From Escherichia phage AV124, in the sequence record OR352954: 64,000 nucleotides of DNA; one strand, given 5' to 3'. This document shows positions 37,514 to 47,979 of the stretch, in pieces (the stretch's first letter is position 1; each line of letters starts with the position of its first letter). The notes beneath the pieces were generated by a model. The model was not told the DNA's origin. It was given only the letters and a program-made list of their open reading frames with translations, and did not search any database. A program made the position numbers and the translations under genes.

Positions 37514-40036
37514 TCAGAAAACGTTGATTCGAAAAGCCGGTAACCAGTCGTAGAGGGTTACAGATGTATCGTATACCCACGCGATTCCGGCAGAAGATCT
37601 TACACACCCTCGTGCGCCCAAGGTCTTACCAGAAGGTTTGACAGTCGCACCGCTTTGAAGAGGATTTTCTACTGTCGCATAGGAAACCCGTCCAAAACGG
37701 CCAGTAGGAGCAGATGCTAGGTTAATCAGCACGCCCTTTCCGTCCGAGCTGATCGCTATGCTAGAAATGGCAGGGGGTGACGCCGATTCATCTGTGTAGT
37801 TAAAACCGTAATTTGCCAGGCCATCAATACTAATATTGGTCGTGTCTATCACCAGGTTGGTATACGAAGGGATGTTTATTTGTATTTGCGTGGGGGAGTT
37901 CCATACAAAACCATTCGGAACCATACCATACCAGCCGCTCGTAAACCACTCCTGGATAATTGCTCTTGCCACAGCCGCTCCACGTTTATTTTGTGCAGCA
38001 CAGGTGAGGTGCAAACCGTCCGTAATAAAATCGTACTGATACAAGGTATTTACGCAACGGAACTGCTCACGGCCATGTAGGTTGTTTACTGACATCCTTA
38101 CACGCTGGCCTGTAAACGCACCATGCCCGTCATTGACATACCCCAGCTGGGTGATGGCGATGATCGGCGGTTCGTTTTGACCAGTCCTTGCCATGATGTC
38201 ACTGATGACTTGCCTCTGGTACTGCTTCATCCTAGACTCATACATCCCTTCCCGCAACCCAGACCAGTCCTCGTCTGACTCTCCTTGCATCCAGTCAACG
38301 CAGAGAACAATCGGCAGCCAGCCACGCGCTTTACAGGCCGTCACGCAGTCTTCGATTGAATCCAGCATGTATTGGTACACGGCATTACCGCGTTTTTGGT
38401 ACTCGTATGCCTGCCCGGATTGGGCACACACGATTGATAGTGTGCGCGGCATGATTCCGGTAGCTGCAGCCATATCGCGAATGAAGGTGTTTGCCAAGCC
38501 AGATGCTGCAGTCTCCTTATCAGTGCCGCTTACTGCCTCAACCAGTGGCACCAGAGTAGTGCTGCGTGCCCCCGTTCTCCTGACCCCGCCAGATAGCATA
38601 AACGCGTTATCAGGATAAACTGGCGTCGACGCGATAATGGTTTGATCCGCATCTGGGCAATAGCCGCGTGCATTAGACTGCCCGGCAGTTACAAAAATGA
38701 AGCATACCGGAACATCTTCTGAATACGGGTAAGCCGTAGACCCTGACAAATGGAGTCCATACTCAGGGAGGATAGTCATATCATCGCCGCCACCCCCTCC
38801 ACTCTCCTGGTTAACAAGAACCAAGCCGCTATCGGAGTAGATCCAGTGATGGCCGCCAACCGTGTAAGCCTCAACGATCTGGTTTGTCGTGGCGTCAACG
38901 ATCATGCGCCACACCTTTTCACCGCCGATAAATTGCGGCACTGCCCCCTCAGTTCCGAGCGCATATAACTCAGCCTCTTGCGGCGTGAGCACTTCATAAT
39001 ATTTTCCGTCAGGACCAATTTGTATTAACCGCCCAGCGGCGTTTAAAAAAGGAGCCACTCTTTTTGTCTCCGGGTCATAACCCGCCAGGGCCACACTGTT
39101 TGATGATATCTGGTATGCGTAGTCGTCACGAGCTATCAACCTATCTGTCGGATTAAGAACCCCTGAATTATTCACATACTCATTTGCTAGGGTTGAGTCT
39201 GAAGAATTTCTAACCCAACAATGTGCCCCATTTGGGATATTACCTGCCGCAACCTCATTCTGGGCTACCGCCAGCGATTCATATCCCCGGATGGTATTTA
39301 TAATGGCCCCTGTTCCTGGAACAGCCGCGACTTCTTGAGCAACCCCTGCATTATTCTTGTACACTTTGAACGCTACAGAGCTACCACTTCCCTGAGGCAC
39401 TTGGAAATATTGTCCATCCGTAGTTGCAGCAAGACCTTCACTAACAGATGCGTATAAGTTTCCCAGCTCAGAGGCCTGCAATGCATATGCTTGTGCCTCA
39501 TCTCTCGCATCTTCTGCTTGGTCTTTTGCCTCAACTGCTTCGTTTTTGATTTCTGTTACTTCATCGAGCAGACTCAAACCACCAACAGTTACCCATGCAG
39601 ATGCTGAAACACCACCTGTTGTAGACGGGGTGGATTTTTCGGGTACTGTCTTGGGGAATGTCCCTCCCCATGTGTAACATTGCGCTCCTGCAATATGCCA
39701 AATAGCATCGTTGGCATAGGTTAATGTTGCACCATCTTCGAAAGAACCTTCTACCAAAGTTAGCCCAAGATCATGAAGTGCTCTTCTCCATAATTCTCTC
39801 TCATTTGCACGGGCAGTGTCAAGACTTTGTTGGACATGTGTCCCATCAGAGGTCCCTATAAGGGAGGCACCGCCATCCGCCGCCAAATCCCCTTTGTTAG
39901 CCAAGTCTAAGTCGGAGATAACCTGGGAGACAGTGGCCTTTTTGGTCTTATCTGGTTGTTCTACAACAAGGTAGTCGTCTCCGACCACTTGGGTTGCGGA
40001 GGGTAACTCCGCAATTTTAATTGTATCAAAGGCCAT
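37514..40036 (-). CDS. tailspike with SGNH/sialate-O-acetylesterase-like domain
   Basis: ATG 40036 (MAFDTIKIAELP...) after GGAGGG SD; anchor motif 'IAELPSATQVVGDDYLVVEQPDKTKKATVSQV'; 'FVTAGQSNARG' and 'DGLHLT' esterase blocks. Confidence 0.55.
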   Translation of the reverse strand: MAFDTIKIAELPSATQVVGDDYLVVEQPDKTKKATVSQVISDLDLANKGDLAADGGASLIGTSDGTHVQQSLDTARANERELWRRALHDLGLTLVEGSFEDGATLTYANDAIWHIAGAQCYTWGGTFPKTVPEKSTPSTTGGVSASAWVTVGGLSLLDEVTEIKNEAVEAKDQAEDARDEAQAYALQASELGNLYASVSEGLAATTDGQYFQVPQGSGSSVAFKVYKNNAGVAQEVAAVPGTGAIINTIRGYESLAVAQNEVAAGNIPNGAHCWVRNSSDSTLANEYVNNSGVLNPTDRLIARDDYAYQISSNSVALAGYDPETKRVAPFLNAAGRLIQIGPDGKYYEVLTPQEAELYALGTEGAVPQFIGGEKVWRMIVDATTNQIVEAYTVGGHHWIYSDSGLVLVNQESGGGGGDDMTILPEYGLHLSGSTAYPYSEDVPVCFIFVTAGQSNARGYCPDADQTIIASTPVYPDNAFMLSGGVRRTGARSTTLVPLVEAVSGTDKETAASGLANTFIRDMAAATGIMPRTLSIVCAQSGQAYEYQKRGNAVYQYMLDSIEDCVTACKARGWLPIVLCVDWMQGESDEDWSGLREGMYESRMKQYQRQVISDIMARTGQNEPPIIAITQLGYVNDGHGAFTGQRVRMSVNNLHGREQFRCVNTLYQYDFITDGLHLTCAAQNKRGAAVARAIIQEWFTSGWYGMVPNGFVWNSPTQIQINIPSYTNLVIDTTNISIDGLANYGFNYTDESASPPAISSIAISSDGKGVLINLASAPTGRFGRVSYATVENPLQSGATVKPSGKTLGARGCVRSSAGIAWVYDTSVTLYDWLPAFRINVF

Positions 40037-40234
40037 TTTTTGCCCTCCAAGAAGTTTATTTAGAATAGTCAATGATGACTGTCATATAATTGTTAAAGCT
40101 TTACATGGCAGGGGTGGGCTATCATACCCGCAACGGTAGGCTGTTCTTCCCTAACCGTTGCAGGCCGTAGTTAGTGTGAATTGTTGCGTATGTCATTATT
40201 GTGGTCTATTTATACAAACAATAATATTCATAAA

Positions 40235-41914
40235 TTACATAGATGGAAGTAGTGAAACGTTCACCGATCTAGCCAAACCATCTACGCTGGTAAGCAATAC
40301 TGTAATTTCCCCATCTGTTGCTGATATAGACAAAGCAACCTTGACCCCTGTGCCAGAAAGGCCAATCCTTCCAGAGTTTGCGACAATTCCGCTGGTGATG
40401 ATATCAAGATAGAAGTTGTTTTCGTGCCTTACACCTATAGGTATTTTTATATAATCACTCTGCGCAGTACTACCAATCCTACACTCAATCAATATGGCTC
40501 TGGTGATATACGTATCATATATGCCTTGCAAAATATTAGTTTTAGTGAATGATAATGTTGCGCCAGCAGATGCGGCAAGGATTCCTGAAGAAAGTGGCCC
40601 TATTATACGTCTACCATTGACTACCTGATTCATCCCCACGTTTACATCGTCATTAATCCCAAGACATCCAGTAATAGACTTCCTTACCGTCGAGGCTTTT
40701 TGATTAATGGCAGATGTCACAAATCCAGTCATATCCGAGCCTGAAATAAGAAGTGTTCCACCTCCAGCCCCAAGTATTGACACGTTGAAAGATGGCGATG
40801 TTGTCCCGCCGTCTCCGCTATCGTTTGCACCCTTCCCGGTTCTTACGTTTCCAATTTGTAACTTGCCATTATCAATGATGATGAAGTTAGCAGAGTAATC
40901 ACTTCCCTCTGGCTGGCTTGCGCCGCATCGCCTTACGTCAGCGCCGGTTACAATCCATTGTGCATCTTTGCCAGCCACTACACCGCCACGCCCAGCGCGG
41001 TCGCACAATTCGCCAATAATTGTATTTTCTACGGACTCATAAGCATAATAGTTGTCTGTGGCATTCCATTCGTTTCTGCATGAATCAAAGTTGTTGTTAT
41101 TTGATCCACCAGTCAAGGCAACGCCGCGATTGTTTGCGTTAATCACGCAAGCAACAAGGTTGGAATCAATCAGGTTTCTCACACCGTCACCGCACCCAGA
41201 CACAGAACAACGGGTGGCAAACAACGTCCCGGTGTAACCAGACCAACCAAGACCAACCGTAAAGTTGTATATGCCGCAACCTTCAAATCGCGTGCCGTTA
41301 AATTGCTCTGAAGAATTGGTGGAATAGAGCAGATAAGTAGTTCTATCTCTACCGTTAAAAACAATATCCCTGAAAACGTGCCTTTTGTTGGAGTAAAACG
41401 GGAACGTTTTTCCTGTAGCCACTTCAATCACAACGCCGCAATCGTCAAATGCACTGTCTGTCAATGGGTTGTATGGCCTAAAGCAACCCTCACCAATCAT
41501 AAAGAAACCAGAAGGTAGTGTGGCAGGGGAGTTCCCAAAGATGTAGCGACCTTTTACCCTAGGCAGGCATAGTGTCATTACTCCGTCAGAAATAGCATCC
41601 TTTAACGCATAGTCACAATCAACCTTAGCCCCGGTTGTTGAAAGAAGGGTTGCACGGTCAGTATCGTTCAAATAGCTAAAAATTGACTTTTGCGTTATTT
41701 CATCAAGTGGCGCTTTGCCTTTGTATACTTTACCAGAACCATCCGGCTGCGCCAAAGCCGCCAGCGTTGACTGCCCAACAACATCTCCAAGATAATTTAA
41801 AACTTGAAATAAAGTTGCCTTCTTTGTATCGTCGGGTTGATCGACCACGATCAGATCGTCTTCTGTTAGAGTGTCCGCGCTTGGCAACTCTGAAATTTTA
41901 ACACTCTGTAGCAT
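40235..41914 (-). CDS. tailspike, right-handed beta-helix type (putative depolymerase)
   Basis: ATG 41914 (MLQSVKISELPSAD...); anchor motif; Gly/Asn/Ser/Thr-rich beta-helix-like body. Confidence 0.5.
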   Translation of the reverse strand: MLQSVKISELPSADTLTEDDLIVVDQPDDTKKATLFQVLNYLGDVVGQSTLAALAQPDGSGKVYKGKAPLDEITQKSIFSYLNDTDRATLLSTTGAKVDCDYALKDAISDGVMTLCLPRVKGRYIFGNSPATLPSGFFMIGEGCFRPYNPLTDSAFDDCGVVIEVATGKTFPFYSNKRHVFRDIVFNGRDRTTYLLYSTNSSEQFNGTRFEGCGIYNFTVGLGWSGYTGTLFATRCSVSGCGDGVRNLIDSNLVACVINANNRGVALTGGSNNNNFDSCRNEWNATDNYYAYESVENTIIGELCDRAGRGGVVAGKDAQWIVTGADVRRCGASQPEGSDYSANFIIIDNGKLQIGNVRTGKGANDSGDGGTTSPSFNVSILGAGGGTLLISGSDMTGFVTSAINQKASTVRKSITGCLGINDDVNVGMNQVVNGRRIIGPLSSGILAASAGATLSFTKTNILQGIYDTYITRAILIECRIGSTAQSDYIKIPIGVRHENNFYLDIITSGIVANSGRIGLSGTGVKVALSISATDGEITVLLTSVDGLARSVNVSLLPSM

Positions 41915-41976
41915 CTTATATTTACCCCTCTTCTTAACATTAGTACATTTTACCACAAAGTTCAAAGATTTAAAAG

Positions 41977-41996
41977 AAGGGACCTTACGGTCCCTT
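41977..41996 (-). terminator. intrinsic terminator (minus strand)
   Basis: AAGGGACC-TTAC-GGTCCCTT hairpin after stop of 547-aa gene, T-rich tract follows on minus strand. Confidence 0.5.
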
Positions 41997-42001
41997 GCTA
42001 A

Positions 42002-43645
42002 TCATGTTCCAAATCCAACAATTCTATATTTCAAGGATGAGTTGTTGGTTGTGATGGAGACAACAACACCACCATCGGTTGTCCCATCTACTGTGGACAA
42101 AGTAAAGAGTCTTGAACCACCTGTCGTAGAACCAGTTCCTGGTGTCTGGTCATGATTACCGATAACCGTATAAGTGACCACCCCTTCCCGGTTAGTAGCA
42201 ATCAGTTCAACAGCCTGCGCCCAACTTGTTTGAGCAGAGGTCCAAACATCGATAAAAATTTTCTTGGTTGTCCGGTTCGGTATGGTGATAAGTTGAGTAT
42301 CTCCGGCGGCATAAAGCCCTTTAGTCCTAGTGTGATATTCGATCCATTGTAGATTATAACCCGGACTGGAAGTTGTCGGTTCTTGAGAGGTGTAGGACCA
42401 TCTTGTTACTTCCCCGACTTGGCTAACATGCTCAATTTTTCTTGAAAACTTATCTCTCAGCACGAAACTATAAGACCTCACACCATTGCTTTGGAGGTCT
42501 ACGTCAGCCTCTTTAGGATTTGGGTAGCTCCCTGTACCACCTACTTCGAACAGATCTTTTTTGCCAGCATCTGGCGCAATCCATCCATTTTTATCCATGT
42601 TGGCAAAGAATTCCTCAAATGCAAGCCAATACGATTCTTGATGCCCCAGAAGGTTGGGGTGAACAGTTTGCCCACTGTTAAACAATGAGCTAATGCCATA
42701 CTTGGCAAGGGCATCGAACCAATATTTTTCGACATCGATAAGAACACAACCCATTTCTACAGCAATCTGGCGAATAGCATCGTTTCCTCGCAAGAAACGA
42801 TGGCCCACCGTAATGGTCACACCATTCCATACTAAATCTACATTTGACTCGGCAGCGGAAGGGATGATACTATCATCAGAAACGGGGGCCGGGGAAGGGG
42901 AAGGCCATACTTGGGCGACACCCGGAGGCATACTCCAAGAATAAATGGGGATATTAGGATGTGGGGTGGTAGTAAGAATAACGTCACCACCTGCATCCCT
43001 AACATTTCTGATTGCAGCTCTTAATCTTTGCTTAAACCCATTCTCGTTGAAAGTCTGACCTGCGTTGTAGTTTGCTGTGGGAAAATCATTCATCCCATAC
43101 ACGAATAAGGCAATATCTGGATATGTCCCAGTAGCAACAACAGCAGGCCATTGGTCAACCAAAAAATTATTGATCGTTGACCCGTTTACAGACCTATTTA
43201 CAAAGGATAGTGGATATATCCCACCTTTATTAATGGATTTGTTAAAGAATTCAAAGAATTTAGCCACAGGAGCTTGGGTGGCAGGATCTGGTAATGTTGC
43301 ACCATTCCCCACAGAAGACCCAAATCCGTACAGTAGAAACTGCGTCTGCCCAGAGGCACCATGACGATAGGCGGTTAGTTTGTTAATAAGTTGGGGAAAG
43401 AGTGCCTGTGAATTCCCCGAAGCAGCCCTAATGGATTCCTCAACTGTTTTACCTGTGGCTGTCCCTATAAGGCTCGCACCATCATCATCAGCAAACATAG
43501 TTTCTCTGGATATATCCATATCAGAAACTAGTTGACTTAAGGTTGTCTTTTTCGTAGCATCTACTTGCTCCACAACAAGCAGGTCAGTCCCTGCAAGTGT
43601 AGAGGATGGAGGAAGTTCCGAGATCCTTGTGGTTGGTATTGACAT
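42002..43645 (-). CDS. tailspike with SGNH/GDSL-hydrolase-like domain
   Basis: Anchor motif 'ISELPPSSTLAGTDLLVVEQVDATKKTTLSQL'; 'YGFGSSVGNG' (block I) and 'YGMNDF' (block III). Confidence 0.5.
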   Translation of the reverse strand: MSIPTTRISELPPSSTLAGTDLLVVEQVDATKKTTLSQLVSDMDISRETMFADDDGASLIGTATGKTVEESIRAASGNSQALFPQLINKLTAYRHGASGQTQFLLYGFGSSVGNGATLPDPATQAPVAKFFEFFNKSINKGGIYPLSFVNRSVNGSTINNFLVDQWPAVVATGTYPDIALFVYGMNDFPTANYNAGQTFNENGFKQRLRAAIRNVRDAGGDVILTTTPHPNIPIYSWSMPPGVAQVWPSPSPAPVSDDSIIPSAAESNVDLVWNGVTITVGHRFLRGNDAIRQIAVEMGCVLIDVEKYWFDALAKYGISSLFNSGQTVHPNLLGHQESYWLAFEEFFANMDKNGWIAPDAGKKDLFEVGGTGSYPNPKEADVDLQSNGVRSYSFVLRDKFSRKIEHVSQVGEVTRWSYTSQEPTTSSPGYNLQWIEYHTRTKGLYAAGDTQLITIPNRTTKKIFIDVWTSAQTSWAQAVELIATNREGVVTYTVIGNHDQTPGTGSTTGGSRLFTLSTVDGTTDGGVVVSITTNNSSLKYRIVGFGT

Positions 43646-43657
43646 TTTTTCTCCCGA

Positions 43658-44272
43658 TTATTTAATAGTATTAATTGTGTTGTCTTCTGGCGTAACAATA
43701 GGCGTACTTTTACGAGTTAGTAATGATCCGGGGGTCACCGGATTTTCCATATCGCCTGCCCAAGTATTCCACCAAGTTGCATCACCAGTCTTAGGTAATC
43801 TAAAGTTGATAAGGTAGTATAACTTATTTCCCCAAGGTATCCAACCCTCATCCCCGCAAAGAGTTGTTGTTTCAGGCACCGGCGTCGGGTAGTAGTAATC
43901 ATCACCGCCTACGAAGGCTATTCTTACAATCTCCTGCTCTTTTGTTAAGACTTCAAAGAAGGCAGAATAGCTTCTTGTTGTATGGTCCATTACAGACTGG
44001 AAATCTGCAATTTCTAAAACATCTGGTTCAAGACGGGTTATTTCCTTTATCTTATTATCAAGGACCGTCTTCATAACCTTTTTGCTTATGTAGGTTCTAT
44101 AGGGAAATCCAAAGGTCTCATCAAAATACCAATCCCCTGCCCACACATTAAACCTTAGCCATAAGCGCTGTCGTAGACTTACTTGATTGGAGTCTATCAA
44201 CTGAAGACCTGTAGAAACATCAAGGTCTCCTGTTACCGGGTCCATTAAGAAGTCAGAATAAAGTGTCGCCAT
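43658..44272 (-). CDS. baseplate protein (XkdS/gp25-like position)
   Basis: 204 aa; position within baseplate/fibre cluster. Confidence 0.3.
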   Translation of the reverse strand: MATLYSDFLMDPVTGDLDVSTGLQLIDSNQVSLRQRLWLRFNVWAGDWYFDETFGFPYRTYISKKVMKTVLDNKIKEITRLEPDVLEIADFQSVMDHTTRSYSAFFEVLTKEQEIVRIAFVGGDDYYYPTPVPETTTLCGDEGWIPWGNKLYYLINFRLPKTGDATWWNTWAGDMENPVTPGSLLTRKSTPIVTPEDNTINTIK

Positions 44273-44283
44273 TGCTCCTCACC

Positions 44284-45519
44284 TTAAAGTTGGTCTGGGA
44301 ATGCGTTATTCTCAGAAATGATATTAGAAATTCCATCTACAATTGCGGTAGACGCCCTTTTAACGCCTATTCCAAGACCATTTTTTACAGTTACCGATCC
44401 TGTTACTGTTCCCTTGGCATTATCCAGCCAAGCACAACCCGCCTGATTGGCAATGGTCCCGGCGGTATTACCAAGACGCATATTCCCATCCATTACAACA
44501 GGTCCGTACTCAGTATCTCCATGAATATCACATGTTCCTGACTCTATAACAACCATACCGCCAGACACATTATGGTTAAAAGTCCCACCATTGAGTATCA
44601 TTGTGGTTGTTTCATGATTAGATGCCCCTTGAGCAGATTGTCCTGGAGCATCTCCATTATAGCTACCATCACAACCATTGAGTATCATGAGGCCAGCGCC
44701 TCCAGTTGGGGCATGTTGTCCAAAACCATCGTTACTTATACGATAAGCCTTTACATTGGTACATTCTATTCTTTCATTTCTTCCTGTACCACCAACGCCT
44801 CCATTAGCACAGTATTCAACCACAGAGTCATACACCGTTAGAAAACCTGTACCAGCAGGTTGAGTTGATAAGCCGCAGGATATCCCATTAATCATACAAT
44901 ATCTTGAGACTACATCCCTTACCGTAAGTAACCCGAAACCAACCGTACCGACACCGAAGTTTCTTCTTGAAACCTCTATTTGATGGGTATTCGGGTCTGA
45001 ATCATCAGGAAGCCTGACGTATATTGTCGAACCACTATAGCCGTATTGTCCTAAACCTGGAGTTGTTGGGGTGGTAGTATTCTGGACAAGCTTAAGATAA
45101 AAATCATCTTTGTCGGCTATTGTCTCTGTCATCGTGGTAACAACCACTTGCATTACAGATGTGTAATTTATAACCTTAGAATAAATGTTTCCAGAGAGTA
45201 CCCATCCTGAAGTATGCATTTCAGAACCATATATGTGCCAAGGTTCATTGTCAATACCCTCCAAGAAAACATTCATGGAAGTATCAAAAATAACTTCCTG
45301 GCGTAAAGGGTTTGTTTCTGGTGCAGCAATTTTTATGACATAGTCAGGAAGCCCAGCGCAGAGACCTAGTGCGAGGGACAAGGAGTTGACAGGATTGTTT
45401 AATGATCCTGTTCCTGCTGCGGAACCTCTCACAGTATCAACATAAAGAGGGTTTGGTGGGTATGTCCTAAGGACCCCCGGCGTGGGAACTCCTGTTCTCC
45501 AAGTTTGGGTAACACTCAT
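44284..45519 (-). CDS. beta-helix tail protein (tailspike-like, no anchor motif)
   Basis: Gly/Thr/Asn-rich repeats 'NGG.GG.G' typical of pectin-lyase fold. Confidence 0.4.
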   Translation of the reverse strand: MSVTQTWRTGVPTPGVLRTYPPNPLYVDTVRGSAAGTGSLNNPVNSLSLALGLCAGLPDYVIKIAAPETNPLRQEVIFDTSMNVFLEGIDNEPWHIYGSEMHTSGWVLSGNIYSKVINYTSVMQVVVTTMTETIADKDDFYLKLVQNTTTPTTPGLGQYGYSGSTIYVRLPDDSDPNTHQIEVSRRNFGVGTVGFGLLTVRDVVSRYCMINGISCGLSTQPAGTGFLTVYDSVVEYCANGGVGGTGRNERIECTNVKAYRISNDGFGQHAPTGGAGLMILNGCDGSYNGDAPGQSAQGASNHETTTMILNGGTFNHNVSGGMVVIESGTCDIHGDTEYGPVVMDGNMRLGNTAGTIANQAGCAWLDNAKGTVTGSVTVKNGLGIGVKRASTAIVDGISNIISENNAFPDQL

Positions 45520-45520
45520 C

Positions 45521-46273
45521 TTATGCCACCTTTGTCAATCTTACTGCCAGAAGAACAATAGCTGTTGCAACGGTATCGTTAGCTGATGTACCATTTCTAC
45601 CGACACGGACAGTGGTATGTCTTGTTGGGTCAACAGTTAGATCTTGCAATATCTGTGATTCAACCGCAATATACGGTGTTGCATTTGCCACGGGAATTAC
45701 TGCTCCGCCTGCTGGCGCTTGGTTGAATGATTCCCCTGCTGACCAACTGTTGATCAAACCTGAAAAGCTTACTGAACCAGAATTAGATACCATATTTGAC
45801 CAGATCAAGGAGATTCTCATCTTTGTCCAATGGGACGGGAGGTCTATCATCTTTGATACGGAAGCATCTACACCGTGATTAAACTGCCAGCCCCCAAGAC
45901 GTTGTGCGACAGCTCCGTAAGTTGCTGTTCCAATAACGAGATCGAAATCTTTCGCAGGAATGACTATGGAAGTTACAGCATTTTCAGGATCTGCGGTAAT
46001 TGCGTCAACGGATGTTTGAAGTTCTGTAAATTGTTGTTTTGTTGGTAGCTGGCTAGCTGTCTGTTCTGCGCTATCTGCTGCTTGGACGGCTTCATCTTTG
46101 GCAGCAACCGCCTCATCCTTGATGTCAGTAATGTCTTGAATAATTCCAATATCATTCATTGCCTTATCAAATGTAGCTTTCTTAGTTCCACCTGCCTGCT
46201 CAAATATGATAAGGTCGTTACCAGAAACGCTATCTGCATCAGGAAGCTCTGGAATACGGATTGTAAGACTCAT
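45521..46273 (-). CDS. short tail fibre with shared N-terminal anchor motif
   Basis: 'IPELPDADSVSGNDLIIFEQAGGTKKATF' anchor; 'EAVAAKDEAVQAAD' helical segment. Confidence 0.45.
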   Translation of the reverse strand: MSLTIRIPELPDADSVSGNDLIIFEQAGGTKKATFDKAMNDIGIIQDITDIKDEAVAAKDEAVQAADSAEQTASQLPTKQQFTELQTSVDAITADPENAVTSIVIPAKDFDLVIGTATYGAVAQRLGGWQFNHGVDASVSKMIDLPSHWTKMRISLIWSNMVSNSGSVSFSGLINSWSAGESFNQAPAGGAVIPVANATPYIAVESQILQDLTVDPTRHTTVRVGRNGTSANDTVATAIVLLAVRLTKVA

Positions 46274-46285
46274 TATGTTTTCCTT

Positions 46286-46987
46286 TTATTGGTTTGGGGC
46301 ATCAGTATTGTTCTGACCACCATCATCTGTCCAAGTATAGTGATGTGTATGGCGAATAAAATAATCATAAAAATCATTCATGTTGACACCACGCGCAGTA
46401 ATAATATTGCCATCAGGGGTAACTTGAGCGCCATTCATCTTAATCGTACCACCAGATTCTGCTGTCAGGTTTGCCGCTCCATTATCGAATTTGAAATTCC
46501 CAGATTGGTCAACCACTAATTTACCTACTGGCGTCTCCAGTGTGAAATCACCAGCAGGCGTCATTGAGAAATGCACCTTGTCGTTCCAAAGTTCAACATT
46601 GTCTGGATCTATGGTCATGGCATTCCCATCGCTGTGAACACCAATTATTGCCCACCCTGGGAACATATTATGAGTTGTCTGGTCATTATTATCATTCTCA
46701 TTTCTTTCTGAGAAGCTTAGACCCACAATATCACCAGGCTTCACAGGAAGCGTTAGGCGGGCTTTTCCTCCATTACCTGAAGGCATTGATAGAGGAACAT
46801 CAAAAACAGAACCATAGGCATCCACGGTGCCATCTGGGAAGTTTGTACTTGCAAGGGGTTGAACTGTTGCAGATGGGATGCTATAGTCTACATCAACTAC
46901 CTTTGCCCTTAGCCCTGTGTGAATATCTCTGGCCTGTTTCGCAAACCATTGATTAAGGGCTGCATCCATACGAGTTATTGCTGCCAT
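46286..46987 (-). CDS. baseplate central spike-like protein (His-rich apex)
   Basis: ATG 46987 overlapping upstream stop; C-terminal 'FIRHTHHYTWTDDGG' His cluster reminiscent of spike-tip metal sites. Confidence 0.35.
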   Translation of the reverse strand: MAAITRMDAALNQWFAKQARDIHTGLRAKVVDVDYSIPSATVQPLASTNFPDGTVDAYGSVFDVPLSMPSGNGGKARLTLPVKPGDIVGLSFSERNENDNNDQTTHNMFPGWAIIGVHSDGNAMTIDPDNVELWNDKVHFSMTPAGDFTLETPVGKLVVDQSGNFKFDNGAANLTAESGGTIKMNGAQVTPDGNIITARGVNMNDFYDYFIRHTHHYTWTDDGGQNNTDAPNQ

Positions 46988-47976
46988 TAGCCCTCCACAA
47001 TTCCACCACGGGTTTCTGCAAGTCCTAACTCTGTGATCCAATCCCCACCTTCGAGCTGGCCTTTGTGAGTTAAGTATACAACCTTGTAAAAACCTGTATA
47101 TTTCTGGCTCTTTAAAAATACCGTTGATTCTGGTATGATAGCGCCATTCATTTCTGTTACCACCACCAACCCAGCGTCTTCTTTTATCTCTGCGGAAGTA
47201 GGTTCATGAGGCTTAGAGGATTTTCTCTTAGACTTCGCCTTTTTTTCCTGTCTCCTCTTTGCAGGCTCGGGGTTCTGTGGCGTTGGAGAATCATGCATAC
47301 CAGATTCAGCGCTGATCTCAAAAACTGCCCTTTGAAATCTTTTCCCTTGCGTTGTCCAGTATACAGCCCCATCTTGAACACTGAAAGTAGACCCTGTATT
47401 CTTGGCTAATCTCTCCAGGTTATTTGCGGCGAGACCCGTAAAGGACATAGAGTGCTGAAGCGTCTGGTCTCCAAACTTGACGATTTTACCAACAGGGAGC
47501 TTCATATCAGAAGCGAGATCACTAATTACCGTATCTATTGGCGTACCTTTCTTATAAGAGCGGGAGGTCTTTGCCGTTTTAATGTTTACTGTCGCATCAC
47601 CGAGGATCATCTTTGTCTGACGGGTATTGCCGTCCCACTTATCCTGAACAAACTCTACGGTCCCAGAAAAGATAGTCTGATTCTCACCATCAAACCCGGC
47701 CTCAAGAACGATAGCAATGGACTCTCGTTGGTTAGCATCGAGGTAGCTCACCGTCTCATCGGAGAGGTTGTAGATGGTAACATACCCTTTATTAGGCTCC
47801 TTCGAGTTGTCTTTTTTGACCTCGAACTCGATGTTTGCGGCACCAGTTTCATTACTGATATAATACGCATCTTTGGCGTTCTGATTAGTGTAATCTGAGA
47901 TATTGGTAGGCTTTTCACCAACATACACTGGTTTGCCTATCGTTAGCTTATAGGTTCTTGTTCTGTAAGCAGGCAT
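46987..47976 (-). CDS. baseplate hub/assembly protein
   Basis: Position after tape measure cluster; Lys-rich internal segment. Confidence 0.3.
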   Translation of the reverse strand: MPAYRTRTYKLTIGKPVYVGEKPTNISDYTNQNAKDAYYISNETGAANIEFEVKKDNSKEPNKGYVTIYNLSDETVSYLDANQRESIAIVLEAGFDGENQTIFSGTVEFVQDKWDGNTRQTKMILGDATVNIKTAKTSRSYKKGTPIDTVISDLASDMKLPVGKIVKFGDQTLQHSMSFTGLAANNLERLAKNTGSTFSVQDGAVYWTTQGKRFQRAVFEISAESGMHDSPTPQNPEPAKRRQEKKAKSKRKSSKPHEPTSAEIKEDAGLVVVTEMNGAIIPESTVFLKSQKYTGFYKVVYLTHKGQLEGGDWITELGLAETRGGIVEG

Positions 47977-47979
47977 TGT

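Noticed and set aside
40073-40234. Promoter for the 852-aa tailspike in the 160-nt gap (TTGACT / TATTCT-like hexamers and an 8-bp inverted repeat GCAACGGT...ACCGTTGC)
   Set aside because: Hexamer spacing does not give a clean -35/-10 pair and the inverted repeat lacks a U-run; could be a regulatory site but I cannot support a specific call.
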